Below are positions 39,217 to 49,506 of a stretch of DNA of 64,000 nt, piece after piece. The stretch's first letter is position 1. Every line of letters starts with the position of its first letter. The notes beneath the pieces are model-generated. The model made no database searches, was not told the DNA's origin, and saw only the letters and a list, made by a program, of their open reading frames with translations. The position numbers and the translations under genes were made by a program. The stretch is taken from NCBI GenBank assembly GCA_963666985.2, contig CAXXIA010000003.1:135792-199791 (forward strand), written 5' to 3'. The DNA is from Spirochaetia bacterium (GTDB lineage: Bacteria; Spirochaetota; Spirochaetia; DSM-2461).

Positions 39217-40206
39217 TTAAAACGTCAGTTCCAGAACTTCTCTGGATTGCGACGCTTTATACGCCGATTGAATGATGAACAAGGTTTTTTCAGCTTCCGT
39301 CACGCCGGAAACGGCCGGCGTATCGGAAACGATTCCTTCGTAAAAAGCGTTCAGCGTGTGCATGAACGAACTCTCGTATGCGCCGTCCGTCTCAAGCAGC
39401 CGCCCGTTTAAGTGCAAACCTTCCCCGTCGATGAGCAGATTTCCCTTATCTCCCTGAATACGGATTTCCCCGGCGGAGCCGTCGGAAGAACTCCATGACT
39501 GGAAAACCTGCGCGATCCGGCCGTCTTCATACTGAAGGGAAATCTGGCAAGTATCCTCGCCTTCCATGGAACTGTAATGCTTGGTCGTCATGAAGCAGGA
39601 AAGCCATTTCGGATCGCCCATGAGGTAAAGAAGCTGGTAGACAAGATGTGTTCCGCTGTCCATCATGGCGCCGCCGCCGGAGTGACTGAAAATCCGCCTC
39701 CAGCCGGCCGCGTGCTCATCGGGAATGAAATGAACCGCCCGCAGACTGGCGTATGAAACGCTTCCCAGCTCACCCGAATCAATAATGTCCTTGGCCTTGC
39801 GGTCCACGGGACGATAGGCGAAATTGTGTCCCGGAAAAACGATTCGGCCGGTTTCTTTCGAAAGCTCCCGCAGCCGGCGGAGTTCGTCGGGAACAAGCGA
39901 AACCGGTTTCTCCACGAGAATATGTTTTCCGGCCTTCAAGGCTTCTTGGGCCTGCTCAAAATGCATATCGGTCGGCGACATAATCCCGACACAGTCAACT
40001 TCGGGATCGTTCAGAAGTTCCTGATAGGAAGAATAGGATTTGGTTTCCCATTTTTTACATTTCTCGGCCAGTCTTCTCCGTCCCTCGGGAGAAGGATTAC
40101 CGCAGCATCCGACAAGCTTGAACCGATCCGTAATGTGCTTATAGGCGTCAAAATAAAAGTCGGCGATCCACCCGGCCCCGGCTATGGCTAATCCCAGCTG
40201 CTTCAT
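39217..40206 (-). CDS. Gfo/Idh/MocA oxidoreductase
   Basis: GAGWIA, AGKHILVEKP, GGGAMMDSGTH. Confidence 0.92.
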   Translation of the reverse strand: MKQLGLAIAGAGWIADFYFDAYKHITDRFKLVGCCGNPSPEGRRRLAEKCKKWETKSYSSYQELLNDPEVDCVGIMSPTDMHFEQAQEALKAGKHILVEKPVSLVPDELRRLRELSKETGRIVFPGHNFAYRPVDRKAKDIIDSGELGSVSYASLRAVHFIPDEHAAGWRRIFSHSGGGAMMDSGTHLVYQLLYLMGDPKWLSCFMTTKHYSSMEGEDTCQISLQYEDGRIAQVFQSWSSSDGSAGEIRIQGDKGNLLIDGEGLHLNGRLLETDGAYESSFMHTLNAFYEGIVSDTPAVSGVTEAEKTLFIIQSAYKASQSREVLELTF

Positions 40207-41183
40207 TCTACATTCCTCCAATCGAAGACAACGCCCATGTATTCGTCCTTGCGTTCCTTCAGTCCGTCGTAAACGGTTTGTCCCTCTTCCGGACCGACAA
40301 CCTGAGTCAGAAGAGGGGAAATCTTCAGCGCACCGCTTTGAATCAGATCGAAAATCGTCAGGATATTCCTTTCCATCGAATGTTTGTAAAAATTGTTCTC
40401 ATTGGCGCGCACCGGGAACCGCCATTCATGGGCCCCCTTGAACGTAACGACATGAGGACACAGATGAACCTTATTGAGAAGCTCGGTAATATTGCCGGTC
40501 ACATCGCCGCGGGGACTGCCGAGAAGAATCAGCTCCCCCTGAGGTGAGACAAGATCGGCTTCCTTAACAATCAGAGAAGGAACACCCGTAGCATCGATAA
40601 CCGTGGAAAAGGAATGAAGGCCGCCGTTTCCTGAGGCTTCATCCAGAGAGTCCGCGGCCTCGGCGATACCGCACTCCATCGCGATTTCTCTTCTCCGGGA
40701 CGAAGGATCGACAATACACACCCGGGCTCCGGAAAGAGCGGCCATCTGAGCGGCCAGATTCCCGACCAAACCGGCTCCCACAACGCAGACACGGTCGCCA
40801 AGCTCAATCGATGAAACCCGAATCGCCGTAATCGAAACGGCGGCGATTCTCGCGAAAACCGCCTTTTGGGGTTCCAATCCCCCGGGTACCGGCAGGCAAA
40901 TCACATCTTCGTTGATTACCGAAGAATGAGAACCATATGTGAACACAACGGTATCTTTTTTCAGGGCTGAACCTTGCGGAGCGCTCAGAACCGTTCCGAC
41001 CGCGGCATAGCCGGGAACGAAAGGCAGGGGAGCCCACGATTCATTGCCTGAAAGAACGGCCAGTTCCGTACCGGGACTCACCAGACTGCAGAGAGTCCGT
41101 ATTTGAACTTTATCCGGATTACCTTTGAATTCAGCTTCAAGAAAATCAACTTTACCCGGGCTGGAAAACTGAATATTGAACAC
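40203..41183 (-). CDS. MDR/zinc-binding alcohol dehydrogenase-like protein (GTE type)
   Basis: SLVSPGTEL, PGYAAVG, VVGAGLVG, IDATG. Confidence 0.85.
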   Translation of the reverse strand: MFNIQFSSPGKVDFLEAEFKGNPDKVQIRTLCSLVSPGTELAVLSGNESWAPLPFVPGYAAVGTVLSAPQGSALKKDTVVFTYGSHSSVINEDVICLPVPGGLEPQKAVFARIAAVSITAIRVSSIELGDRVCVVGAGLVGNLAAQMAALSGARVCIVDPSSRRREIAMECGIAEAADSLDEASGNGGLHSFSTVIDATGVPSLIVKEADLVSPQGELILLGSPRGDVTGNITELLNKVHLCPHVVTFKGAHEWRFPVRANENNFYKHSMERNILTIFDLIQSGALKISPLLTQVVGPEEGQTVYDGLKERKDEYMGVVFDWRNVE

Positions 41184-41378
41184 GCAGATCTCCTCATGAA
41201 GTCTTTAAAATTTATTTTGTCCTTTTGAACTCTCTCAATGCTCTCCGGTACGGGCAATGCCGTCAATTACCGCTTTTTTACTTAAAGTTGTCCATATTTA
41301 AGAAAAATGCGCTAAAATGTGGAAGTTAATCGGTATTTTTTGACCGAATATACTTTCTAATCAGATAAGGGATTTCGC

Positions 41379-42158
41379 ATGGAACTGGAAACGAAATGGG
41401 TTCGAGAAGATAGACTGACACTCACAAAGGGATCGTTTATTGATCTGGAGTATGTTATTCATATCATCGAGGAAGGATCTCTGACCTATCAGAACGAAGA
41501 AGATCTTTTTCACGTAAAAGCCGGGGATATTATTTTCATCAGTCCGAATGTTCTGCATGCGATAACCGATGACGACAAAACCGTCATGACCGTGGTTCAT
41601 TTTCTGGATCACAGTCATCGGCTGGAAGGCATGGATATTCCTCCGACGATTTCCATGCCGCGGGAAGAGTTCAAAAATATACGGGAACTGATAAAAATCC
41701 TCAGAGACAGCTGGACCCGTTCCGAAATGAATCACGGTATTATTTGTGACGGCTTAACCGAGGCGATTGTCGGTTTTTATCTTGGAGCCAGCCTGAAAGC
41801 TCACCCTCCCCGTCCGAGCCATCAGTTTAAAAATTGGGAATCGGTTAAACTGGCGGTGCAGTACATCCAGGAAAAATTCTCGGATCCGGATTTGAGCGTG
41901 GAGAGTGTCAGCCGGCATGTTCAGCTTTCTTATCACTATTTCTCACTGCTGTTTAAAAAATACACCAATGAGAATCCGCTGAATTTCATTACCCGTGTTC
42001 GCCTTGAGCGGGCAAAAACACTCCTCTACAATCACCGGATGAACATTTCCGAAGCGGCTTCTTCCTGCGGTTTCAGAAGCGTTCAGAATTTCAGTAAGAC
42101 ATTTAAGAAGCATGAAAAAATCTCGCCATCGGGATGGCTGAAAAGAAACCGCTATTAA
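41379..42158 (+). CDS. AraC-family regulator
   Basis: N-terminal cupin-like domain; C-terminal ISEAASSCGF..FSKTFKK..SP HTH. Confidence 0.92.
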   Translation: MELETKWVREDRLTLTKGSFIDLEYVIHIIEEGSLTYQNEEDLFHVKAGDIIFISPNVLHAITDDDKTVMTVVHFLDHSHRLEGMDIPPTISMPREEFKNIRELIKILRDSWTRSEMNHGIICDGLTEAIVGFYLGASLKAHPPRPSHQFKNWESVKLAVQYIQEKFSDPDLSVESVSRHVQLSYHYFSLLFKKYTNENPLNFITRVRLERAKTLLYNHRMNISEAASSCGFRSVQNFSKTFKKHEKISPSGWLKRNRY

Positions 42159-42247
42159 ATAATCCGGCGATCCTTAATGCTCAATCTCTTTGCCGCAATT
42201 CGTCTTTAGCGGACTGCCGGGCTTCCGATTCCTCGGCGAAAAACGGC

Positions 42248-43234
42248 CTAAACCGTTTCCCAGCCGCCGCTCTCGGCGGAGCGGAACACGGCGTCGATAA
42301 CCTTCATGTTGGCCACCGCGTCCGAGGGAGGTGTCGGTACGGGCCGTCCTTCCCGCACCGCTTTGGAGAACGCCTCGAACATCAGCGCATATTGATCCGC
42401 CGGACCGCATTGAATCTCCCGCGGTCCGTCCCCGTAATCAACAACAACCGAAAGCGGAACGTCCGGATACGCGTTGAAGGGACGAATAACGGTTAGATTC
42501 CCGCGGCTGCCGTAAACGGAGACCTGCTGTCTGGGGTTCATCCTCGTCGACACGGTAAACTGCGCGCGGGGTCCGCCGAAATCGAGGATGGCGGAAGTGA
42601 GCACATCGGTTCCGGTTTCCGGATCGAATTCAATCTGGGAAACCACCCTCTCCGGCTCCCGGCCGAAAAGGAAGCGGGCGGAAGAAATGGCGTAACATCC
42701 GATATCGTAGTTCGCTCCGCCGCCGGTTTCCTTCCGGTTGCGAATATTCGCGGAATCGGTATTGTTGTAACTGAACACGGTATGGATGGAGAGCACACGG
42801 CCGATTTCCCCCATGTCGATGAGTTCCTTGGCCCGAATCCATTGAGGATGAAATCGGTACATAAAGGCTTCCATGGCCGGCACGCCCCTGCTCTCCGCGT
42901 AGTTCAAAGCCTCGGCCGCCTCAAGGGCATTCATGGCAATCGGCTTTTCGCAAAGAACGGCCTTCCCGGCATCGGCGCACTTTTTAATCCATTCCGCGTG
43001 AGAATCGTTCGGCAAAGGAACGTACACAGCCTCAACATCCGGATCGTCCACAACCTCCTGATACGAACCGTAGGCTTTGGAAAATCCCCAGCGCCGGGCG
43101 GCTTCTTTCGATTTCTCCAAAGACCGTGATCCCAAGGCCGTCAGTTTACAGTATGGAGATTTGGAAAGAGGATCGTAAATACGCAAACCGAAATGAGCTG
43201 AGACGCCGAGAACGCCGAATTGAACGGGTTTCAT
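42248..43234 (-). CDS. Gfo/Idh/MocA oxidoreductase (xylose dehydrogenase-like subgroup)
   Basis: VYVPLPN..HAEW, GKAVLCEKP, EAFMYRFHPQ, GGGANYDIGCY. Confidence 0.92.
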   Translation of the reverse strand: MKPVQFGVLGVSAHFGLRIYDPLSKSPYCKLTALGSRSLEKSKEAARRWGFSKAYGSYQEVVDDPDVEAVYVPLPNDSHAEWIKKCADAGKAVLCEKPIAMNALEAAEALNYAESRGVPAMEAFMYRFHPQWIRAKELIDMGEIGRVLSIHTVFSYNNTDSANIRNRKETGGGANYDIGCYAISSARFLFGREPERVVSQIEFDPETGTDVLTSAILDFGGPRAQFTVSTRMNPRQQVSVYGSRGNLTVIRPFNAYPDVPLSVVVDYGDGPREIQCGPADQYALMFEAFSKAVREGRPVPTPPSDAVANMKVIDAVFRSAESGGWETV

Positions 43235-43418
43235 GATTGTTCCTTTCCGTTTTAAGGGTTACGAATTCGGGCGATTTCAGTTCCGGCCGAACGTTATTGA
43301 ATCCCGAATCCGGACATTAAGCCTCTTTAAGTGTACCAGCCTTCCGCAAAGCCGATAAGGGCGGTTCCCCATTTCCTTCGAATTTCTTAAAACCGTCCGA
43401 ACGGCCGTCACGAAGATT

Positions 43419-44702
43419 TCAGACGCCGCTTTCTCCGGAGCTCGCCGCATCGATTCGCGCCATCATTTCCAAACACGCCCGGCCGTTATGATACGGTGTT
43501 TTCCAAAAACCGCCCTTTTCCCTCTTCGCCAGAGGAAGACCGTCGGCCCCAACGCCCGCATACCATTCGCCGCCCGATTTGTCGACGATATTCTCTTTGA
43601 TATACTTCCAGAATCCCAAACAGCGGCGCGCCCAAATCTCTTCACCCGTAAGATCAAAAAGACAGCGGCTTCCGACCAGGGCCTCGGCCTGCACCCACCA
43701 AACGCGTTCGGTATTCCGAATCCGCCCGTGCGTTTCGTAATCAAGAGCTCCGTCGGGACGGGTTATCCCGTCGCGCACGGCGGCCTCCGCCAATCCCCGT
43801 ACCACCGGCCCCAGCCGATTCGGCCAAGTTCCTCCGAGTTCTTCTGCGGCCTCCTGAAGCAGCCAAGCCGCTTCGATATCATGTCCGTATGAATCAAGGC
43901 TCTCCAGGGACCGGCCGTTTTCATCAAGATAAAGCTTCAAATGAGAACGGTTCTTATCGTAAATCGCTTCGACGAAGAAAGTTAAAAGAGACTCCAAAGC
44001 CTCTCGAACAACCGGATCGTTTCGAACCCGGCAATAATTCGTATAAGCCTCGATAACATGGAGATTCGTATTCATCGATTTGTCGCAGGGGATGTCCACA
44101 TCACTCAATCGGCCATCGGGCATCACGTTCCAGTCTTCACAGAAAATCTCTCCGTATCCCCCGAATTCGAAATCGCGCGCATGGCGCTCCAGCAGGGAAA
44201 ACAAATCGTCGGCTTTCCCGCGAACGGCGGCGTTTTCTTCCAGGCGGAGTGCTTCGCTGAAGGCATACAAGGCGAATGCCTGCCCGTAAACCACTTTGTT
44301 TCGGTTCAGCGGCGTCCCGCGATAGTCTGTGCTCCACCAATAACCGCCGTGGATTCCGTCGGCCAGAAAGCGGTCGAGAAAATCTTCGGCCCTTCCGGCG
44401 GCGGCCGCATATTCGGAATCGCCGCGAAGCCGACGTACGGCGCTGAAAGTCCACAGCAGCCTCGCATGCATCACAAGTCCCTTATCGGCGAAGTCGTCGA
44501 CGGTATTGTCTCGATCGATACGCCCGGGGAATCCGATTTCAGCCTTCCCGAGAACGGGAGAAGTCCAAAATGGAAGAATATTTCCGAAAAGTTCGGCCGC
44601 CAATTCTTCCTTCACGGCCGTCCAGTCGATCTTCGCGGCGTTCGTCGCCGCATCCGGCGTTCTCCCGTGCGCTTCCCGTTCCCTCTCCGGTTTTTTCATC
44701 AT
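43419..44702 (-). CDS. Cellobiose/mannobiose 2-epimerase (AGE family)
   Basis: ARLLWTFS, YGQAFALY, KSMNTNLHVIEA, SYGHDIE, WWVQAE, WKTPYHNGR. Confidence 0.9.
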   Translation of the reverse strand: MMKKPEREREAHGRTPDAATNAAKIDWTAVKEELAAELFGNILPFWTSPVLGKAEIGFPGRIDRDNTVDDFADKGLVMHARLLWTFSAVRRLRGDSEYAAAAGRAEDFLDRFLADGIHGGYWWSTDYRGTPLNRNKVVYGQAFALYAFSEALRLEENAAVRGKADDLFSLLERHARDFEFGGYGEIFCEDWNVMPDGRLSDVDIPCDKSMNTNLHVIEAYTNYCRVRNDPVVREALESLLTFFVEAIYDKNRSHLKLYLDENGRSLESLDSYGHDIEAAWLLQEAAEELGGTWPNRLGPVVRGLAEAAVRDGITRPDGALDYETHGRIRNTERVWWVQAEALVGSRCLFDLTGEEIWARRCLGFWKYIKENIVDKSGGEWYAGVGADGLPLAKREKGGFWKTPYHNGRACLEMMARIDAASSGESGV

Positions 44703-47677
44703 CGGTAGGTCGTCCTCAAATGCTTCACGTTAATCCTATCGGCCAAATCTTCGGGAACCGCGCCGCCGTCCGAAGGCAGAAAGCGAAGAATGCGGGGTGC
44801 GCCGGGCATCAGAAGAAAACCGGCGTCGTCGAAGCGGCCCGGCAAATCGCATTCGGCCGCGACGTAAAACGCCGGCGCATCGGTTTCCAATCGAACCGTT
44901 CCCGGCTCCCCGCCGGCGGAAATCGAGATTTCGGCATCGGCGAGATTACAGTCCCTGGGTTTGGTCAGGAATAAATATTCGGAAAAAACACAAGAACGCG
45001 GAATATCCCCGTCGGATACGCCGATGCCGAAATCCGGTACGGCCGGGCATTCGCGGTCCGCCGAAACCGCCGACGTCGAAGCACGGCGAGTTCCCGCCTT
45101 ACTCACGGATTCGCCCGCCTTCCATTCGGCAATGGCGAAATGATCGACAAAACCATCCCTAACCACGTCGGACGCATCGACATCATGCGGCTTCGGCCCG
45201 TCTTCAAACCTCCGGGCGCCGCTCGCTTCCAAATCGCACAGAGGCGCGACCGTTACCGTCACCGCCGCCCCCGCCGGGCACATCACATCGGCCGAATACA
45301 CCCCGCCGGCCGCGAATAAGGCGCCTCCATTTCCATCATCCGCAGAGGCCGCACCGCCATCGGCGTTTCGGCCGCTCATGCCGGCGAGATTTCCGCCGCC
45401 GCCCGCACTCCCGTCCGCCGCAGCCACTCCGGCCGCCGTACACCCCGCTTCCGCCCCAGCGGCCGCCGATCCGTCCGCACCGCCGGCATTCCCGCCGTCG
45501 AAACGCACAAGACGCACCGTCAGCCGTCCCTCCGCCGGCCGATCCGTATCGTTCAGAGCCGCCGCCAGAAGCATGCCGTCCTTCATATACAGCACAACCC
45601 GCACCGGAGCGAAAAACCGCGCCGCCTCGTAATGCAGCAGCTTCCATGTCCCGTCGTACTCGATGCTCGACCAGGAGGCTACCGGCCAATTGTCGTTCAG
45701 CTGCCAGTACAAAGCCCCCATGGATACGGGCCGTTTCGACCTCCAGTAATCCACCGCGGTTCGAATGGCCCATGCCTGCTGAACCTGACTTAAATACAGC
45801 TGATCCTCGAAAGACGAAGGAATGCGGAAATATCGGGCCATGGTGGAAAAAATAATCGTGTTCCCCGCATTGTTCTTCTGATGATGCCGCATCACCGGCG
45901 CACTCACGTTCCACTGATCTTTCGGCGCAAAATCCGCGACGGTCCGGGGCGAAGAGAACGACTGAAAACCGAATTCACTGCAGAATCGCGGCACCACGTC
46001 CAGATAAGACTCGAAAGGCTTTCCCTCATGCCAAACGCTCCAGTAATGCATATCGCCCTTGCCGTCGTCATGCCAGCAGTCCGAATAATCCCCCGGCCCG
46101 GCCGACGGAGAAGACGGCCACCAGGTTCGGCCCGGATCGATTTCCCGAACGCAGCGGCCCACGGTTCCCTCGTTGAGCCTGTCGTAATCCACCAGATACC
46201 GGTCTCTATCCCTGCGCGACTCGGGGAACCATGTTATCGCGCCGATGTTTTCGTTGTTCCCGCACCAGAGAACGATGGAAGGATGATCCATAAGCCTCTT
46301 CACCTGATGGCGAATCTCATCTTCAACGTCGGCAAGAAAAACCTCATCGGCGGGATAAAGAGAACAGGCGAACATCATGTCGTGCCACACCATCAGCCCC
46401 AGCTCGTCGCACGTCTCGTAAAAAACCTCCCGCTCGTACTGACCGCCTCCCCAAAGCCGAATCATGTTCATATTCGCGGCCGCGGCGTCGCCGAGAAGGC
46501 GCCTGTACACATCATCGGTCTGCCGGGAAGGAAAAGCGTCCGCGGGAATCCAGTTCGCCCCTTTGGCGAATACATCCCGGCCGTTTACGCGGAAAAACAT
46601 GCTCCGGCCCGCATCGTCATCTTCAACAACCACGTCCACGGTACGGAATCCGATCTTCTTAACAACCCTCTCCCCCGGGGCTTCGACGATGAGTTCATAA
46701 AGCGCCTGATCCCCCTGACCCGCCGGCCACCACAGACGAGGATTTTCGATTTCCAAACGATGAATAAACTGATTGACCCCCGAAGCCGCCCGGAAAGATG
46801 CCCGGAACTCTTCGTTATCCAGCCGATAACGCAGATCCACTTCCTGATCCGTCTCACTGAAATAATCGCAGGAAACCGTCAGTTCCCATCGATCATCCAT
46901 AGATAGACGCTTTTGCCGCGTCGTTACGTATTCGATGCGGCCCGTACCGCCCGAAATCAGCATCGGAGTCTCATAAATCCCGCCGGTCATCAGCGTCAGG
47001 CCCCAGTCCCAGCCGCCGTGACAGGCAACTTTCCGCAGCAGATTCCGATGATTCCACTGCCAGGGGAACTGTGCCGAATGCGGAATGGGATACGGAAGTT
47101 TCTCGGCCGCCGCCGCGGTATAGAGCTCGGGAGAACGTATCGTAACTTCCAATTCATTGATGCCCCGCCGCAGAACATTCGCTACGTCGAACCGCAAAGG
47201 CCGAAACATGTTGCGTCCGGTTCCGACGGGAACGCCGTTCAAGCGAACCTCGGCGACGGTATCGACAACGGGAAATTCCAGAACGGCGGGAATCCCCATC
47301 CCGCCTTCGGATCGGATTGGCGGTTCATCGGCCTCCGACGAAGGACTTTTGTCAATGCGGCGTCCGGCGGAGCGCGTACTTAAGTCCGCCTCTTCATCGG
47401 CGGCCGCCTCATCACCGAAGTCTTCGGCAATCTCGAATTCCGTCGTCAGAATCCAATCGGTCTTGCCTATCCACAGACAGTCCAATTCGTTGCGTCCCGT
47501 GTACGGATCCGGTATGAGACCGGCCTCCAGCAGAGCCGACGCGATATCGCCCGGAACTTCGGCCGGAATATCCCGAGGAAGAGCCTTCGCTTCCGAAGGC
47601 TGTGACGGATTCACGGCGGCATTCAGTTTCCATCGACCGCCGAGAAAAATCTTCTTTCGAGTGTTTCGATTTGGCAT
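44699..47677 (-). CDS. GH2 beta-mannosidase
   Basis: RKVACHGGWDWG, KGANWIP, NMIRLWGGG, WCGNNE, GDMHYW, RFCSEFGFQS, YWQLND.WP..SWS. Confidence 0.93.
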   Translation of the reverse strand: MPNRNTRKKIFLGGRWKLNAAVNPSQPSEAKALPRDIPAEVPGDIASALLEAGLIPDPYTGRNELDCLWIGKTDWILTTEFEIAEDFGDEAAADEEADLSTRSAGRRIDKSPSSEADEPPIRSEGGMGIPAVLEFPVVDTVAEVRLNGVPVGTGRNMFRPLRFDVANVLRRGINELEVTIRSPELYTAAAAEKLPYPIPHSAQFPWQWNHRNLLRKVACHGGWDWGLTLMTGGIYETPMLISGGTGRIEYVTTRQKRLSMDDRWELTVSCDYFSETDQEVDLRYRLDNEEFRASFRAASGVNQFIHRLEIENPRLWWPAGQGDQALYELIVEAPGERVVKKIGFRTVDVVVEDDDAGRSMFFRVNGRDVFAKGANWIPADAFPSRQTDDVYRRLLGDAAAANMNMIRLWGGGQYEREVFYETCDELGLMVWHDMMFACSLYPADEVFLADVEDEIRHQVKRLMDHPSIVLWCGNNENIGAITWFPESRRDRDRYLVDYDRLNEGTVGRCVREIDPGRTWWPSSPSAGPGDYSDCWHDDGKGDMHYWSVWHEGKPFESYLDVVPRFCSEFGFQSFSSPRTVADFAPKDQWNVSAPVMRHHQKNNAGNTIIFSTMARYFRIPSSFEDQLYLSQVQQAWAIRTAVDYWRSKRPVSMGALYWQLNDNWPVASWSSIEYDGTWKLLHYEAARFFAPVRVVLYMKDGMLLAAALNDTDRPAEGRLTVRLVRFDGGNAGGADGSAAAGAEAGCTAAGVAAADGSAGGGGNLAGMSGRNADGGAASADDGNGGALFAAGGVYSADVMCPAGAAVTVTVAPLCDLEASGARRFEDGPKPHDVDASDVVRDGFVDHFAIAEWKAGESVSKAGTRRASTSAVSADRECPAVPDFGIGVSDGDIPRSCVFSEYLFLTKPRDCNLADAEISISAGGEPGTVRLETDAPAFYVAAECDLPGRFDDAGFLLMPGAPRILRFLPSDGGAVPEDLADRINVKHLRTTYR

Positions 47678-47727
47678 AACGTTTCAAACTCTCCGCGAAA
47701 ATTGAAGTTAAGCTTCACGACGAAGCC

Positions 47728-47855
47728 GGTTGGTTGATCTTTTATACTTTCATAACATCACGAGATCTTCCAGATGCCGGTTCATAGTATTTCTTGTTGA
47801 CAGAGAAAACCAACCCTCATATCCTGCCTCTGTCGATAAAGAGACCAAACCAACC
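47728..47855. promoter_or_regulatory. Divergent promoter region with three GGTTGGTT/AACCAACC half-sites (putative ROK operator)
   Basis: GGTTGGTTGA at 47728; AACCAACC at 47808 and 47848; TTGACA(47797)-17-TATCCT. Confidence 0.6.
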
Positions 47856-47871
47856 TAATATTAAAAGCGAA

Positions 47872-49059
47872 GTGGCCGGAATTCGAAAACCGCGTATTAT
47901 CAACACCTCCCGCATTCTTCGCAGCATTTGGATATCCCGGCATATCAGCCGTATCCAGCTGGCGCGGGATTTGGGTTTGAACAAATCCACAATTTCCAAC
48001 ATCGTTAACGAGCTTATCGAAACAGGAGTTATCCTCGAAACCTCCGAAGGCGATTCCGGTCCCATGGGCGGACGCAAACCGGTACAGATCGAACTGAACC
48101 GAAACTTCGGTTACATCATCGGTTTGGAACTCAGACCGGAATCCTACACCGCGGTGGCCGTGGATCTGACGGGCAATATTCTCTTTTCCCGTACGGAAAA
48201 CGCGGAACACCTATCGGGCGACTTTGCAGAAAACGTTGAAGAGCTCCTCATCCGCCTCCGGAAGGAACTCGAGTGGATCGGAACTCCGATCCTCGGAGCC
48301 GGAATCGGAATCTCCGGCATCATCAACGCGGATGCCGGAACGGTACTGGGTTCCATTCCCTTTCATATTGACGAACCGTACAAGTTCGCGCGTCATATCG
48401 AAGGGAAATTCGATTTTCCAATTTATATCGAAAACGACGCCAACTGCTGCGCCTGGGGAGAACTGGCCTTTCACAGGTCGCGGAAACTCCGAAACTTTCT
48501 GTTCACCCTGGTGGAATTCCACACGGATTCCGTTCGAGAAATCTACGAAAAAACCTCCGTGGGATTCGGCATCGTTTTCGAAGGAAAGGTCTACCACGGC
48601 AATCGCCACTCCGCGGGTGAATTCCATAGCATTTTCTGCAGGCCGAACGATTTAGGGCAATTTCGCGTTTCCAGTGAAAACGATTGCATCAATGAGAAAC
48701 CCGAAAAACTCAATGAGCTCATCATAGAACTTTCCAAACATCTGGCCCTCTTTATCAACACATTCAATTTGGGACAAGTCTTCCTCGGCGGCGACATCGA
48801 GCATTATCAAGATGCTCTGATGCCCGTTCTTCTGAAGGAGATAAAAGAAAACTGGTCTTACGAAAAGCCGGTGCAGTGCGAAATTCGCTTCTCGTCCCTG
48901 GCGGATAAATCGGTGGCTTACGGAGCCGCGGGAATGGCTTTGGAACGCCTTTTCAGAGAACCGAAAAACACGGAGATCCTCGGAACCGCGGTTCCGGAAG
49001 TTCGGAAAACTCTTACGGAACTGCTCACAAGCCGAAAGGATTCCCCGGCACGGACTTAA
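47872..49059 (+). CDS. ROK-family transcriptional repressor
   Basis: ISRIQLARDLGLNKSTISNIVNEL HTH, GGRKP, ENDANC, AGEF; GTG start. Confidence 0.92.
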   Translation: MAGIRKPRIINTSRILRSIWISRHISRIQLARDLGLNKSTISNIVNELIETGVILETSEGDSGPMGGRKPVQIELNRNFGYIIGLELRPESYTAVAVDLTGNILFSRTENAEHLSGDFAENVEELLIRLRKELEWIGTPILGAGIGISGIINADAGTVLGSIPFHIDEPYKFARHIEGKFDFPIYIENDANCCAWGELAFHRSRKLRNFLFTLVEFHTDSVREIYEKTSVGFGIVFEGKVYHGNRHSAGEFHSIFCRPNDLGQFRVSSENDCINEKPEKLNELIIELSKHLALFINTFNLGQVFLGGDIEHYQDALMPVLLKEIKENWSYEKPVQCEIRFSSLADKSVAYGAAGMALERLFREPKNTEILGTAVPEVRKTLTELLTSRKDSPART

Positions 49060-49455
49060 CCGCAATTTGTAGGGTAACGGTGATGCGGCCGATTCGTCCG
49101 CATCCTCATTTTCACACGGATGAAAGACACGGCTATTCGGTAAAAAGATCCGAACAGCCGCTTAATTTTACAAGACGTACCGCCTGAGGCACGGCCGTTC
49201 GGCCAACCTCACATACGCAATGAATTTTTCTTATCATCATCACAAAGCCGCCTTCATCAGCCGCGGGGAACATATAGAAACCGCCGGTTCCAACCGATTT
49301 CATTTTATCAAAATCTCAGAAGTATAAAGGCCTGATCCGTTCTCCTCGAAACGGTACGCAGACCTCTTTAACAGGCGATCCGGACCATCTTTTCAGGTGA
49401 AATCATTCCCAATCGGCCCCAAGAGTTCATTTACATTAAGATGAAATAATCATTG

Positions 49456-49506
49456 TTGACAGATGAGGTTTCATGAGAAAGAATATGGTTGGTTGAAATA
49501 ACCAAC
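49456..49506 (+). promoter_or_regulatory. Sigma70 promoter followed by palindromic operator GTTGGTT-N5-AACCAAC
   Basis: TTGACA(49456)-17-AAGAAT(49479); perfect 7-5-7 inverted repeat at 49488-49506 matching the half-sites at 47728-47855. Confidence 0.72.

Noticed and set aside
39217..43234. 3-keto-glycoside oxidation/elimination pathway
   Set aside because: Gfo/Idh/MocA genes are present, but no xylose-isomerase-like lyase or DUF1080 hydratase is visible in the window.
45881..46906. 341-aa plus-strand ORF
   Set aside because: Antisense shadow within the GH2 beta-mannosidase.
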